The notes beneath the pieces were generated by a model, which ran no database searches, was not told the DNA's origin, and saw nothing but the letters and a program-made list of their open reading frames with translations. DNA of 64,000 nucleotides, from positions 264,922 through 328,921 of the forward strand of contig NW_013657648.1 in assembly GCF_000142905.1 (NCBI RefSeq), read 5' to 3'. The DNA is from Thecamonas trahens ATCC 50062. Lineage: Eukaryota > Protista > Apusomonadida. The translations under genes were made by a program, and so were the position numbers. Shown piece after piece: positions 33,494-42,824 of the stretch; position 1 is the stretch's first letter; each line of letters opens with the position of its first letter.

Positions 33494-34834
33494 CTACAGT
33501 TCATCGCGGTCCTCAAATTCAACGCCAAACTCGCCGGCAGCCAAGTCGAGGCAGTCTCGGTAGACAAAATCACGCATCGGGTGCTCGGTCGCATCACACC
33601 ATCCGGCTGGCAGCTCGGTCATAGGGTTGCCAAAGATGGCGATGTCGTCGAGAGAGGCAGTGGCCAGCATGGCGAGCTGAGGTGGGAGGCTAGTAATGCG
33701 GTTGAGGGCAATGTCGAGGTAGGCGAGGGCGGAAAAGTCGCCGAAAAACGGCGGGATGGCGGTGATGCGGTTCTCGGAGAGGTCCAGCTCGACAAGCGAA
33801 TCCTTAAAGGCGGCAAACCAGGGCGGGATCTCGGAGATGGCGTTGCCGCGAAGCGAGAGATCCTTGAGCGGAACGCGGGCGGCTACAAAGTCCTTGAGGA
33901 AGGACGGAAAGACGTCGAGCTTGTTGTTGTCAAGGGCGAGGGCGGTGAGCGAGGTGAGCTTGCCCATGGAGCGCGGGAGCTTGGACAGCCTGTTGCTGCT
34001 GAGCGGGAGCCAGACGAGCTGCGCGCCCCAGGCGTCACCGATGCACTCGGGCAGGGCGCGGAGGGCGTTGCCGGAGAGATCCAGCTCCATCAGCGCAGTG
34101 TTCTTGCAGATGACGGTGGGGATGACAGCGAGCGAGTTGTTGGCCAGGTTGAGAACCTCGAGGCGCTTGAGGACCGAGATGGATTTCGGCAGCGAGCGTA
34201 GGGTGTTGTTGCTTGCCATGAGCTCGACCAGGCCGGAGAGCGCCGAGATGGCCGACGGCAGCTTGGTCAGCTGGTTGTCAGAGATGATGAGCCGCTTGAG
34301 CGCTGGAAGCATGGTCACTACCTCGGGCAGGGTCTCAAAGCTGTTGTGGTGCAGGTACAGAGCCTCGAGCTTGTCGAGGTTGGCCAGATCGAGCGGGAGG
34401 TCGTTCAGCTGGTTGACGCCGAGATGGAGCTCGACGAGGTTGGTCAGCGCGCCGATCTCAGCCGGAATGCGAGCGAGGTAGCACTTGGCCAGGGAGAGCT
34501 TGTCGCCTTCGGGCCAGACTGCCGGCTCGCCTGCCTCTTTTGCGGCAGCGACTGTGGAGCGGATGAGGGCAACCCTGGAGAAGCAGTACGGGGCCGAGTC
34601 TGGCTGAGTCGACTTTTGGCGAGCCGCCGCATTGGGGTCGACATACACACCCATGCCGCCCTTGTTCTCAAATGTGAACCCGTTGCCGAGGTCGACCTTG
34701 TCCGGCAGCTTGCCGAGGCCAGGCACTTGAACAGCGACCACAAGAGGTGAAGGGAGGAGTCCAGCCAGGAGGAGAACGAGAGCGAGGGCCACTGCCGTCA
34801 CTACCACATCCATCACACCCCTATTCTTACCCAT
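33494..34834 (-). CDS. Leucine-rich-repeat protein with signal peptide and C-terminal RDEL
   Basis: Hydrophobic N-terminus, ~13 repeats of LxxLxLxxNxLxxLP, ends EFEDRDEL-stop. Start is one of 34849, 34834 or 34813. Confidence 0.85.
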   Translation of the reverse strand: MGKNRGVMDVVVTAVALALVLLLAGLLPSPLVVAVQVPGLGKLPDKVDLGNGFTFENKGGMGVYVDPNAAARQKSTQPDSAPYCFSRVALIRSTVAAAKEAGEPAVWPEGDKLSLAKCYLARIPAEIGALTNLVELHLGVNQLNDLPLDLANLDKLEALYLHHNSFETLPEVVTMLPALKRLIISDNQLTKLPSAISALSGLVELMASNNTLRSLPKSISVLKRLEVLNLANNSLAVIPTVICKNTALMELDLSGNALRALPECIGDAWGAQLVWLPLSSNRLSKLPRSMGKLTSLTALALDNNKLDVFPSFLKDFVAARVPLKDLSLRGNAISEIPPWFAAFKDSLVELDLSENRITAIPPFFGDFSALAYLDIALNRITSLPPQLAMLATASLDDIAIFGNPMTELPAGWCDATEHPMRDFVYRDCLDLAAGEFGVEFEDRDEL

Positions 34835-35257
34835 ACTACGCTCACTCATCTCGTCTTGGCTTGATAGAGTCGAATGGCCATACCCCCTCCGCCCGCGCTC
34901 CCTGTTGCTCGTGAGGGAACTGCCTGTCATCGTTAGCACGGAATTGGACGCACGCCACGAGCACCATCGTCTTGCCGACGTCAGCGATAACGCCGCGCAG
35001 GGGCATGGGACAGCCCCCCTTGCATGTGTGCCCAATTGTTGGATGATGAGCAATCAAGAGCTTCGTGTACGTGCTTTTTGTCGCGCCTCGTAGTTGCTCT
35101 GGTTGTTTAAGGGCGCGGGCAACGTTAGTTGGCTTCCAATGGTTCGGGGGTAGGGGTGGAGGGGTGGGACGGCGTTGGAGATCGAGATCGGGAGGAGATG
35201 TGGACTGGCAACGTTGATTGGCGTCTGACTGGAGGCCCAAGGTCACGTTGGTTGTGG

Positions 35258-35923
35258 CTACGACGAGTAGACATCCACCTTCTTGCCGGCGTTGGCAACC
35301 ACACGGTTCATGTAGTAGAGGCCATTAAAGTAGAGAAGGAAGGATGCGACGGCAAGGACGCCCGGATGCGGACCTGGATTGCCGTAGAGGTATGAGACGT
35401 ACATGACGAGGGCGGCAAAGAGGCAGCCTGGGGCGCGGAACCAGACATTGATGCGGGCGTTCCAGGTCTTTTCGGACTCGCGCGGCATGATGCCGGCCTT
35501 GACGGCAGCCAGCATGGCGTAGTTGAGCGCACCGGGTGCACCCGAGATGAACAGGGAGATGACGTTGACGCCTGGCCCGCCGCGGGAGAACAGGCCGCAC
35601 GGGCAGAGAATGCCGCCAAAGATGATGTGGTGCATCCAGTCGTCCATGGTCAGATCCGAGAACATCAGACAGTGGTAGACATGGATGGAGACGATCATCC
35701 ATGCCGGCAACCGGTTGAACCCGCCCTCAAAGCTCCGGGCCGGATCGACGACGGCCGAGAAAAAGTCTTGGATGCAGCCGGCAGTGATGACCCAGTTGGC
35801 GACCGAGTGGAGCAGGAACCACCGCCCGCGCGCCTTCCGCACATACACAGCATCCACAAGTAGAAGAAAGGCATACGATCCAAGAATGCCCAGCCAATCC
35901 GGAATCTCTCCGTGGAAAATCAT
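35258..35923 (-). CDS. His-rich multi-TM protein, TLC-domain-like, paralog A
   Basis: RWFLLHSVAN, IHVYH, DWMHH, GAPG..Y, NVWFRAPG; ~6 TM. Confidence 0.65.
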   Translation of the reverse strand: MIFHGEIPDWLGILGSYAFLLLVDAVYVRKARGRWFLLHSVANWVITAGCIQDFFSAVVDPARSFEGGFNRLPAWMIVSIHVYHCLMFSDLTMDDWMHHIIFGGILCPCGLFSRGGPGVNVISLFISGAPGALNYAMLAAVKAGIMPRESEKTWNARINVWFRAPGCLFAALVMYVSYLYGNPGPHPGVLAVASFLLYFNGLYYMNRVVANAGKKVDVYSS

Positions 35924-36637
35924 ACCGCAAAGCGAGCGATCCTCTCCCACCGCGCTTTCTGAGCTCTCTCTTTCTTTCTTGCGCCGACCTTGTTGCTCGC
36001 TCGTTCGAGTCCACCTCGGCTGCCTTCTTGACGCACGTTCTCACTTGCTCTCTCACTCGTCGACCTACTATGTGTCTGCCACACACCCACACACACACTT
36101 CCTTCGAGAAAGTGAGTCGAATGTTGGCTTGTCGTTGGCCCGACTGACGCACCATGCGCTCTGTGCGCCGCCGTTCGTGGCCACGTGGCAAACGCCGGTT
36201 GCTCGCCGACGCGCGCAACTCGCTGCGCGTGCCAGCAAAGTCCCATCTTTGCCAGGCGGTAACAAGACAATCCTTCCCTGATCGCGGTCACAGTCTACCT
36301 CGAGATTGCAATGAGGGTTGCGAACGATGTGTGCAGAGTCTCATCTCGCCGTCTACCGATGGCCGAGTGAAGCTTGCGCCTCCCTTGTAACACAGCCGCC
36401 TTCATCTCCCGACCCCCTTCCCCGACCTCTTTCGAGTCTCAGACTGCCACAATCATCATGTCAGCATTTCATGGGCTGATCGTGAGTACGGCCTCTGAGT
36501 GAGGCACCTTGGCCTCGGCCGACAACGGCAGCAGCAGCAACTCGACTCGACTCGACAGTGACAGCCACACTTCCCTCTCCCGTCCCTCCTCCCCCCCTCT
36601 CCCCCCTCCCCCCTTCTCCTCCTCCGGCCCTTGAGCA

Positions 36638-37300
36638 ATGTTTCACGGCGAAGTGTCTGACTGGGTGGGCATGGGCGTGTGCTTTGCTTTGCTCTTGGCT
36701 GTGGACGGAGTCTTTGCGCGCAAGCTCGACGGCCGCTGGTTTGCACTGCATGCAGCCGCGAATTTGGTGGTGGCCTTGGGATGCCTCGGTGATATCATGA
36801 CGGCAGTGGCAGATCCTGCTACTTCGTTTGAGGGTGGCTTCAACAGACTACCGGCATGGATGATTGCTGCCATCCACGCCTATCACTGCATCATGTTCTC
36901 GGACCTGACCATGGACGACTGGATGCATCACGTTGTCTTTGGCGGCATCATCTGCACTTGCGGTCTCTACTTTGGGGCTGGCCCAGGCGCCAACGTCATT
37001 GCGTTCTTCATCTCGGGCGCACCCGGTGGATGCGACTATGCCATGCTTGCAGCTGTCAAGGCTGGCGTGCTCTCGCGGTCAACGGAAAAGGTGTGGAACG
37101 CGCGGATCAACGTGTGGATCCGCGCGCCCGGCTGCCTCTACGCCGCCGCACTGATGTATCTCTCGTACCTTTACGGCAATCCACCGGCGCATCCGGTGGT
37201 TCTCTTCCTTGTCGCCCTCCTCCTCTACTTTAACGGTCTCTACTACATGAACCGTGTCGTCGCCAACACTGGCCGCAAGGTTGAGGTCTACTCATCGTAG
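36638..37300 (+). CDS. His-rich multi-TM protein, TLC-domain-like, paralog B
   Basis: Colinear with paralog A (e.g. SFEGGFNRLPAWMI, MFSDLTMDDWMHH, LLYFNGLYYMNRVVAN). Confidence 0.65.
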   Translation: MFHGEVSDWVGMGVCFALLLAVDGVFARKLDGRWFALHAAANLVVALGCLGDIMTAVADPATSFEGGFNRLPAWMIAAIHAYHCIMFSDLTMDDWMHHVVFGGIICTCGLYFGAGPGANVIAFFISGAPGGCDYAMLAAVKAGVLSRSTEKVWNARINVWIRAPGCLYAAALMYLSYLYGNPPAHPVVLFLVALLLYFNGLYYMNRVVANTGRKVEVYSS

Positions 37301-37731
37301 TTCAAGAGAGCTCATCGCACATATACCTCTGATGGAAGCCTCTAGATTGCACTCTCGGCCTCTAGATGACGTGCTCCAGGACCCACGCCGCTCGGCGCAT
37401 GCCCTCGCTGAGACGCTCGGGCCGCCTGGCCGCGCACCAATCTCCCGACAGCAGCCTCTCTCTCGCAGCTTTATCCAACCCAAGCCGAAGAAACCGATCC
37501 ATCCTGCACCCTCCTCTGCCGCCGATCCCATCATTTCTTCCTTCCTGCCCACGTCATCACCAGCGCCGTCACACTTGTGTCAGTCGCTCTCTTCACGAAA
37601 TGAAATCGAGCTTGAGCGACCCGTCGAGCGAGGAACAGAGACGGCGACGGCAAGGCGGGACAGGGGGGGGGGGGGGGGGGGAGGGACACACAACTCACTT
37701 GAAGCAAGGAGGTAGTTAAGGAGAAGGCACG

Positions 37732-38289
37732 ATGGCAGCTGTTGGAGGAAGCGGAAGTGTGAGCGAGAAGATTGCGACGGCGGAGGCGGCCAAGGCGGCT
37801 GGCAATGAGCTGTTCCAAGCCGGTGATGCGCAAGGCGCGCTGCAGCAGTACTACACGGGCATGTTTGCTGTCAAGGGGCTGGAGGGATCGAGCATGCTGG
37901 CGGCGCTGGGTGGGACGGCGGCAGAGCCTGGGAGTGCTGGTGAGCAGGCGACGGCCAAGGCCCTGCTCATCTCCATCTACTGCAACATGTCGGCGTGCAT
38001 GACAAAGCTGGGCAAGGCGAAGCGGGCCATCGCTTTTGCTCGCGACGCGCTGAAGCTCGATGAGGGGCATGGCAAGGCGCATCTGCGACTGGGCATGGCG
38101 TACGAGGAAAATGGAAACTACGACGGGGCTTACGCAGCGTACACTACGGGTGCAGCAGCGGCAGATGCTGTGGGCGACGCCGCGGGCAAGGCGAGCCTTG
38201 ACAAGCGGGCGGCGCGCGCGGCCAAGATCATCGAAAAGGAGAAGAAGAAGGCGAACAATCGGTTGCGCGGCTTCCTCACCAACTCATGA
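37732..38289 (+). CDS. TPR-repeat protein (co-chaperone-type carboxylate clamp, TTC9/FKBP-like)
   Basis: KAAGNELFQAG, IYCNMSACMTK, GKAHLRLGMAY. Confidence 0.8.
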   Translation: MAAVGGSGSVSEKIATAEAAKAAGNELFQAGDAQGALQQYYTGMFAVKGLEGSSMLAALGGTAAEPGSAGEQATAKALLISIYCNMSACMTKLGKAKRAIAFARDALKLDEGHGKAHLRLGMAYEENGNYDGAYAAYTTGAAAADAVGDAAGKASLDKRAARAAKIIEKEKKKANNRLRGFLTNS

Positions 38290-38329
38290 GCAGCTGCGGC
38301 TCGGAACGTGGGCGCTGGGCGTGATGCGT

Positions 38330-39873
38330 TTACGACGACGACGATGACGAGGATGAGGACGACGACGACGACGAGGCGGCAAGGTCGTAGAGCCCGATGT
38401 CCGAGGTGGAGAGGGTGGAGAGGGCATCGATGTCGGTCCAACCCGAGTCAGACTCGGACCAGCGGCGGCCGTAGGGGATGTGGTCGAGCTCATTGGCCTT
38501 GAGGGCGACGTCGGGCTCGACGTAGTCAAGCACCTTCTTCCAGCGCTGGCAGAAGCGGGCGCGCTCGCGCTTGGTGCGGGCAAAGACGCGCTTAAAGTTG
38601 TACTTTGAGACAAAGTTCTGAGTGACGGCGACGGTAAAGTCCGGGTTGAACACGCCGTGCCACCAGTCGCCAGGGACAAAGATGACCTCGCCGGGCTTCT
38701 GGACGCACTCGATCATCTCGAGCTCCTTGGCATGCTTGACGCAGTAGGGATAGCAGTCATGGAACCAGTAGATGGCCTCGTGATACGCGTCCTTGGACTT
38801 GTACTTCTTGGGGTAGAACTTCTCGCGCGGAATGTGGGCCGGGAACATGACCCATTTCTTGTGGCCCTCGATGAGGGCGTTCCACGCCGAGGTGCCGAGC
38901 GGATCCTGGTGGATGGTCGAGCCCGAGCGCTCAGGGCCGACAATGAACCAGCGGAACGGCGGGCGGACCGAGTTCGGCACTGCACCGTAGTAGTCGTACT
39001 TGAACAGCTCAGGCACGGTGTAGTCGTCAATGAGCCCATCACGGCCGGCCTGGTCCAGAGCTTCCTCAAACAGGTACAGCGGCGAGTCGTCACGGGTCCG
39101 CTTGCAGTACTTGAGGTAGTCGCGCATGTACATCTGCTCGCCGGCCACCTTGAACATCTTGTCGCCGTAGTACTTCATCAGACCGTCCTTGCTCCACTTC
39201 TTGGACGCCGGCCAGTCATCGCACGCACCGGTCAGCATGACCGGCTTCTCAGCCTTTTCGAACATCTTGCGGAAGTAGTGCCCGTCATGGTCGTTGATGT
39301 TGATGTACTCGATGTTGTTCTCCTCGGCCACAGGCTTGAGCATCTTCTTCATCCACTTCTTCTTCTTGTAGAACTTGCGCTTGTGGCCGCCTACCATTCG
39401 ATGATGTGAGTACAGCCGCTCGCGTTCGCCTCGCCCGCCTCGCCCTGCACCCGCATCGCCTGCATCGTTACAAGCTAGCAGATTCACAAGCCGCTGCCGT
39501 CGCTAGTTTCCCCGATCTCTCTCCCATCTTCCATCCACCTCCCTGCCACCATCTACCCCCCGCTACCATCCCCATCCCCCTCCCGACTCCCATCCCGATC
39601 CGATCCGTACGGTTGTGCTTGTTCTTGTTCTTGGCGTAGATCCGCGTCAGAAGGTGCTTGTACGCTGCAGACGATGAGGAGTAAGGCACAGCCAGCCAGT
39701 ACCAAGCGACACATCCACTGTAAGTGACCCTCCTCGCAACCACACAAACACATAGTCCCTCCCCCCTCTCCTGTACTCGCTATATGGCTCTGCTGTGGGC
39801 TGCCATGGTTGTCGGCCCGTCAGCGTGGGCGAAGAAAGCTGAGTCGCTGGAGCAGCGACAGACAGACAGACCG

Positions 39874-39904
<31 letters not shown>

Positions 39905-39998
39905 GGTCATGGCCATCCGAGGAGCAAGCAGGCGGCGGAGTAGACGAAGAAGAGCTGGAAGACGAAGCTGATGACGAAGAGTTAGAGTCAGAGTCCAT
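38330..39998 (-). CDS. JMJD6: JmjC 2-oxoglutarate dioxygenase, JMJD6-like
   Basis: RPPFRWFIVGPERSGSTIHQDPLGTSAWNALIEGHKKW, QKPGEVIFVPGDWWH, AVTQNF, poly-Ser tail. Predicted exons 39998..39902, 39664..39611, 39390..38330, all in phase. Confidence 0.85.
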
Positions 39999-40334
39999 GG
40001 CGGCTCCGCCGCCAAGAATCCGCCGCCGCCGCCGACGAGTCGTCGTTCCGCTGCTGCGCGTAGAGTACATCGTTGTGAAAGAGTCGTGTGTGGGTCATCT
40101 TGGGCCGCTCACCTCTGCCGCCGCTTCCGCTTCCGCAATGCATTGCCATTGCTACTGGCGAGAAATTTCTTTTTGAGTTTTGAACTCACAAACTGCTGCT
40201 AACAACGCCTAGCGCGGCTGGTGAGCGAAAGCATCACATCAACGTGTGTATGACACGTTCCGACCAGAGCTGGTGATAGGCACAATAGAGTAGGTAGATG
40301 CAAGGTGCTCACACGGGCAAAAAAAAACTGGATA

Positions 40335-40407
40335 GCCTTCCTAGGGTATTCGAAACCCTAACCTTCAGCGCCGAAAGCTGACGTCATATCCATTAGACCA
40401 AGGAAGG
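40335..40407 (-). tRNA. tRNA-Arg(TCG)
   Basis: CCTTCCT-TG-GTCTAATGGATATGAC-G-TCAGC-TTTCGGC-GCTGA-AGGTT-AGGGT-TTCGAAT-ACCCT-AGGAAGG-C; T9 terminator at 40319-40327. Confidence 0.85.
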
Positions 40408-40650
40408 ACATACTACAACTGTCGAGTGCATTTTTTAGTATTTGAAGCGTACATTTGATTGCCGCCTTAGGCGGGTGCTCCTGCGCGCTCTACAGGCCGA
40501 CTACGAGCCGCGAGCACCTAGCAATGTTGTGCACAGTATGTACATACTCAGAGTTGCATGAGCTTGGGCTCTCGTAGACGTAGATGTGGGGTCGGCCGCC
40601 GGATGCGAGGTCAGTGAGTGGGAGGGTGGCGGCCAGGGCAAAAAAAAAGT

Positions 40651-40722
40651 AGTCCACAGTGGTAATCGAAACCACAGCCTTCTGTTCCGTAGACAGATGT
40701 CATGCCACTAGACCATGCGGAC
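40651..40722 (-). tRNA. tRNA-Arg(ACG), copy 4
   Basis: Identical to the copies at 22.5-22.9 kb; oligo-T terminator. Confidence 0.9.
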
Positions 40723-40875
40723 GAGTTGATATGGAAGGGGTGATCTGCTATCATTAAACAGTACATTGCATTGTAATTTCTCACGTGCGAGCAGGATCAA
40801 GATGCCGGAAGGTCTGGCGCGAGGACGTGGCAAGCAGTTGGAGGCAGCAGCGGCAGAGGAAGGCAAGACTTGACG

Positions 40876-42540
40876 ATGATCCAAACATTCTCGTCGCGGG
40901 TATCTGAGCTCCTTCCGTTGCTGACGGAGCCCGCGGCTGCGTTTCGTGGCGAGTACTCGCGGCTGCGGGCCGGGGTCGAGCTGATGGTGGGCGCGGCGGT
41001 GGTTGTTCAGCTCTGGCTGCTCTCGTTCCAGCTTAACATGCCGTGGCGGTACACGCAGCTGGACAAGGTTGCTGGCTGGTCGCTGCTCGAGAACTCTCAG
41101 CTGCCGTTCATGCTCATGTTTTGGCTGGCTGCGTCGCTGCCTCTCGGGTATGTGGGCGCGTTCTGGCTGGCGCGGTCGCCGCTGCTCCGTGCGGCGTGGC
41201 ACGCCTCGCGCCTCGGGTTCTTCCTCGGGCGGTCGCTGATCTTTGGCATTCTGTTCATGCCCATCCTCAACTACATGTTCCAAATCCTGCTCTGTCCAAA
41301 GGTCATGGGCTCGCGGCCGCGGCCCACTGAGCTGCACTGCTGGCATGGCGAGCACCTCGGTGCGGCGGTCTACGCGCTTGCGGCTGCGATCGTGCTCATC
41401 TTCCAGGCGTTCGCTGAGGCGCGGACGTCGGACATTCTCATGCACGAGTCGTCGAACCCGCTGCGAACAGCGCGTCACATTGTGTATCTGCGGACCAAGG
41501 TGCTTGTGGGCGTGGCGGCTCTGACCGGGGTCAAGGTGTTTGGCCACTCGCAGCCGGTTGTGCAGCTGGTGGTCTTTTATGTGGCGGCCGTGACGGCCAT
41601 CGTGTATGTCTCGATTCGGACCCCGTTTGTGGTCACGGTCCACGTTGACTCGTTTGGCCCGGGCGTGACTGAGCAGGAAATGGAGCGGCGGGCACAGGAA
41701 GCGGCGCACGAGGTGCCGTCGGCACTCAACGATGTCATTGTTGGCCTCTTTACCGCGTGGCTCTTCTTTCTCATCATTGCCAGCGTCAACTACCGGGCCG
41801 GGTCGGCCTCGGGCGTCAATGCTACACCGTACTTTATGCTGCTTGGCATTCCGGGAATGGCCATGATCGGATTCTACCTCTCGTGGGCGCGGCGCAACGT
41901 GGTCAAGCGCAGCTTGCCTTCAAAGCGCAAACTCCCTCCCCCAGGCACGCTCGAGGCGTTCTGGCGGCATCCAAACCACTCGCACCTGGTGCCTGTGTCG
42001 GACATGGGTGGGCACGCGGTGGCGATGCGGGTGCTCTCGGACGCCGGCGCAACAGCGCTCATGGCGCGGCTCGCCGATGCCGAGCGTGGAACGCTCGCCA
42101 CCGGGTTTGTGACCCGCCTCGAGATTTTGGGTCCGAACCGCTACTCGCTGGCCAGCGCTGGCTGGCGCCGCGGCGGGCGCATGTCTCGCAGCGGCCTTGG
42201 AGTGCTTGCCCCGCTGATGGGGGAACACTCGCAGCTGCAGGCATTTAAGCTCGAAGGCCAGGTGGTCGACGATGAGTGCGTCGCCAATTTTGCGCAGGCG
42301 CTGTCGGCCAACGCCTCGCTCGTCGCGCTCGAGCTGCCGAACAACGGTATTTCCGAATCTGGCCTGCTCTCGCTCGTCGGCATTGCTCTCGGCACTCGTC
42401 TTGCCCGCCTTAATCTCTCTGGCAACGTGGTTGACCCATCCGCCCGTGCCCGAGTGGGCGACGCTGTCCGCGCCATGCTCGCTACCGAAGCCGAGCGCCG
42501 CGGCGATGACGGGCTGCCTCTGCTAGAAGTTCGGTTGTAG
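40876..42540 (+). CDS. Multi-pass membrane protein with C-terminal RI-like leucine-rich repeats
   Basis: ~8 hydrophobic segments, a C...CWHGEH loop, then LQAFKLEGQ, LVALELPNNGISESG, LARLNLSGN. Confidence 0.6.
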   Translation: MIQTFSSRVSELLPLLTEPAAAFRGEYSRLRAGVELMVGAAVVVQLWLLSFQLNMPWRYTQLDKVAGWSLLENSQLPFMLMFWLAASLPLGYVGAFWLARSPLLRAAWHASRLGFFLGRSLIFGILFMPILNYMFQILLCPKVMGSRPRPTELHCWHGEHLGAAVYALAAAIVLIFQAFAEARTSDILMHESSNPLRTARHIVYLRTKVLVGVAALTGVKVFGHSQPVVQLVVFYVAAVTAIVYVSIRTPFVVTVHVDSFGPGVTEQEMERRAQEAAHEVPSALNDVIVGLFTAWLFFLIIASVNYRAGSASGVNATPYFMLLGIPGMAMIGFYLSWARRNVVKRSLPSKRKLPPPGTLEAFWRHPNHSHLVPVSDMGGHAVAMRVLSDAGATALMARLADAERGTLATGFVTRLEILGPNRYSLASAGWRRGGRMSRSGLGVLAPLMGEHSQLQAFKLEGQVVDDECVANFAQALSANASLVALELPNNGISESGLLSLVGIALGTRLARLNLSGNVVDPSARARVGDAVRAMLATEAERRGDDGLPLLEVRL

Positions 42541-42708
42541 TGGATCTGGGTGCGATCGCAGCTGTAAACAACGTGACCACCCGAGGCCGCACGCCCTGCC
42601 AGGCTGAGGAGAGTCGAGGTAAGGGACAGCTAGAGTCGTGAACGATTTGAGTTGGTCCAACGTGCGTGGAGGGGGAACCATTTGACTTTCCGTAGAAAAA
42701 GGCAAGAA

Positions 42709-42779
42709 AGTACGTCAGGTGCCTCCCCCCTCCCCCCCTCCCCCGTCCTCCCCCGTCCTCCTCCCTCCCTCCCACTCAC

Positions 42780-42824
<45 letters not shown>

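Noticed and set aside
22483-40722. tRNA copies as tRNA-derived SINEs or pseudogenes
   Set aside because: Identity stops within a few bases of the mature tRNA ends, stems are intact with compensatory pairs, and there is no SINE body or target-site duplication
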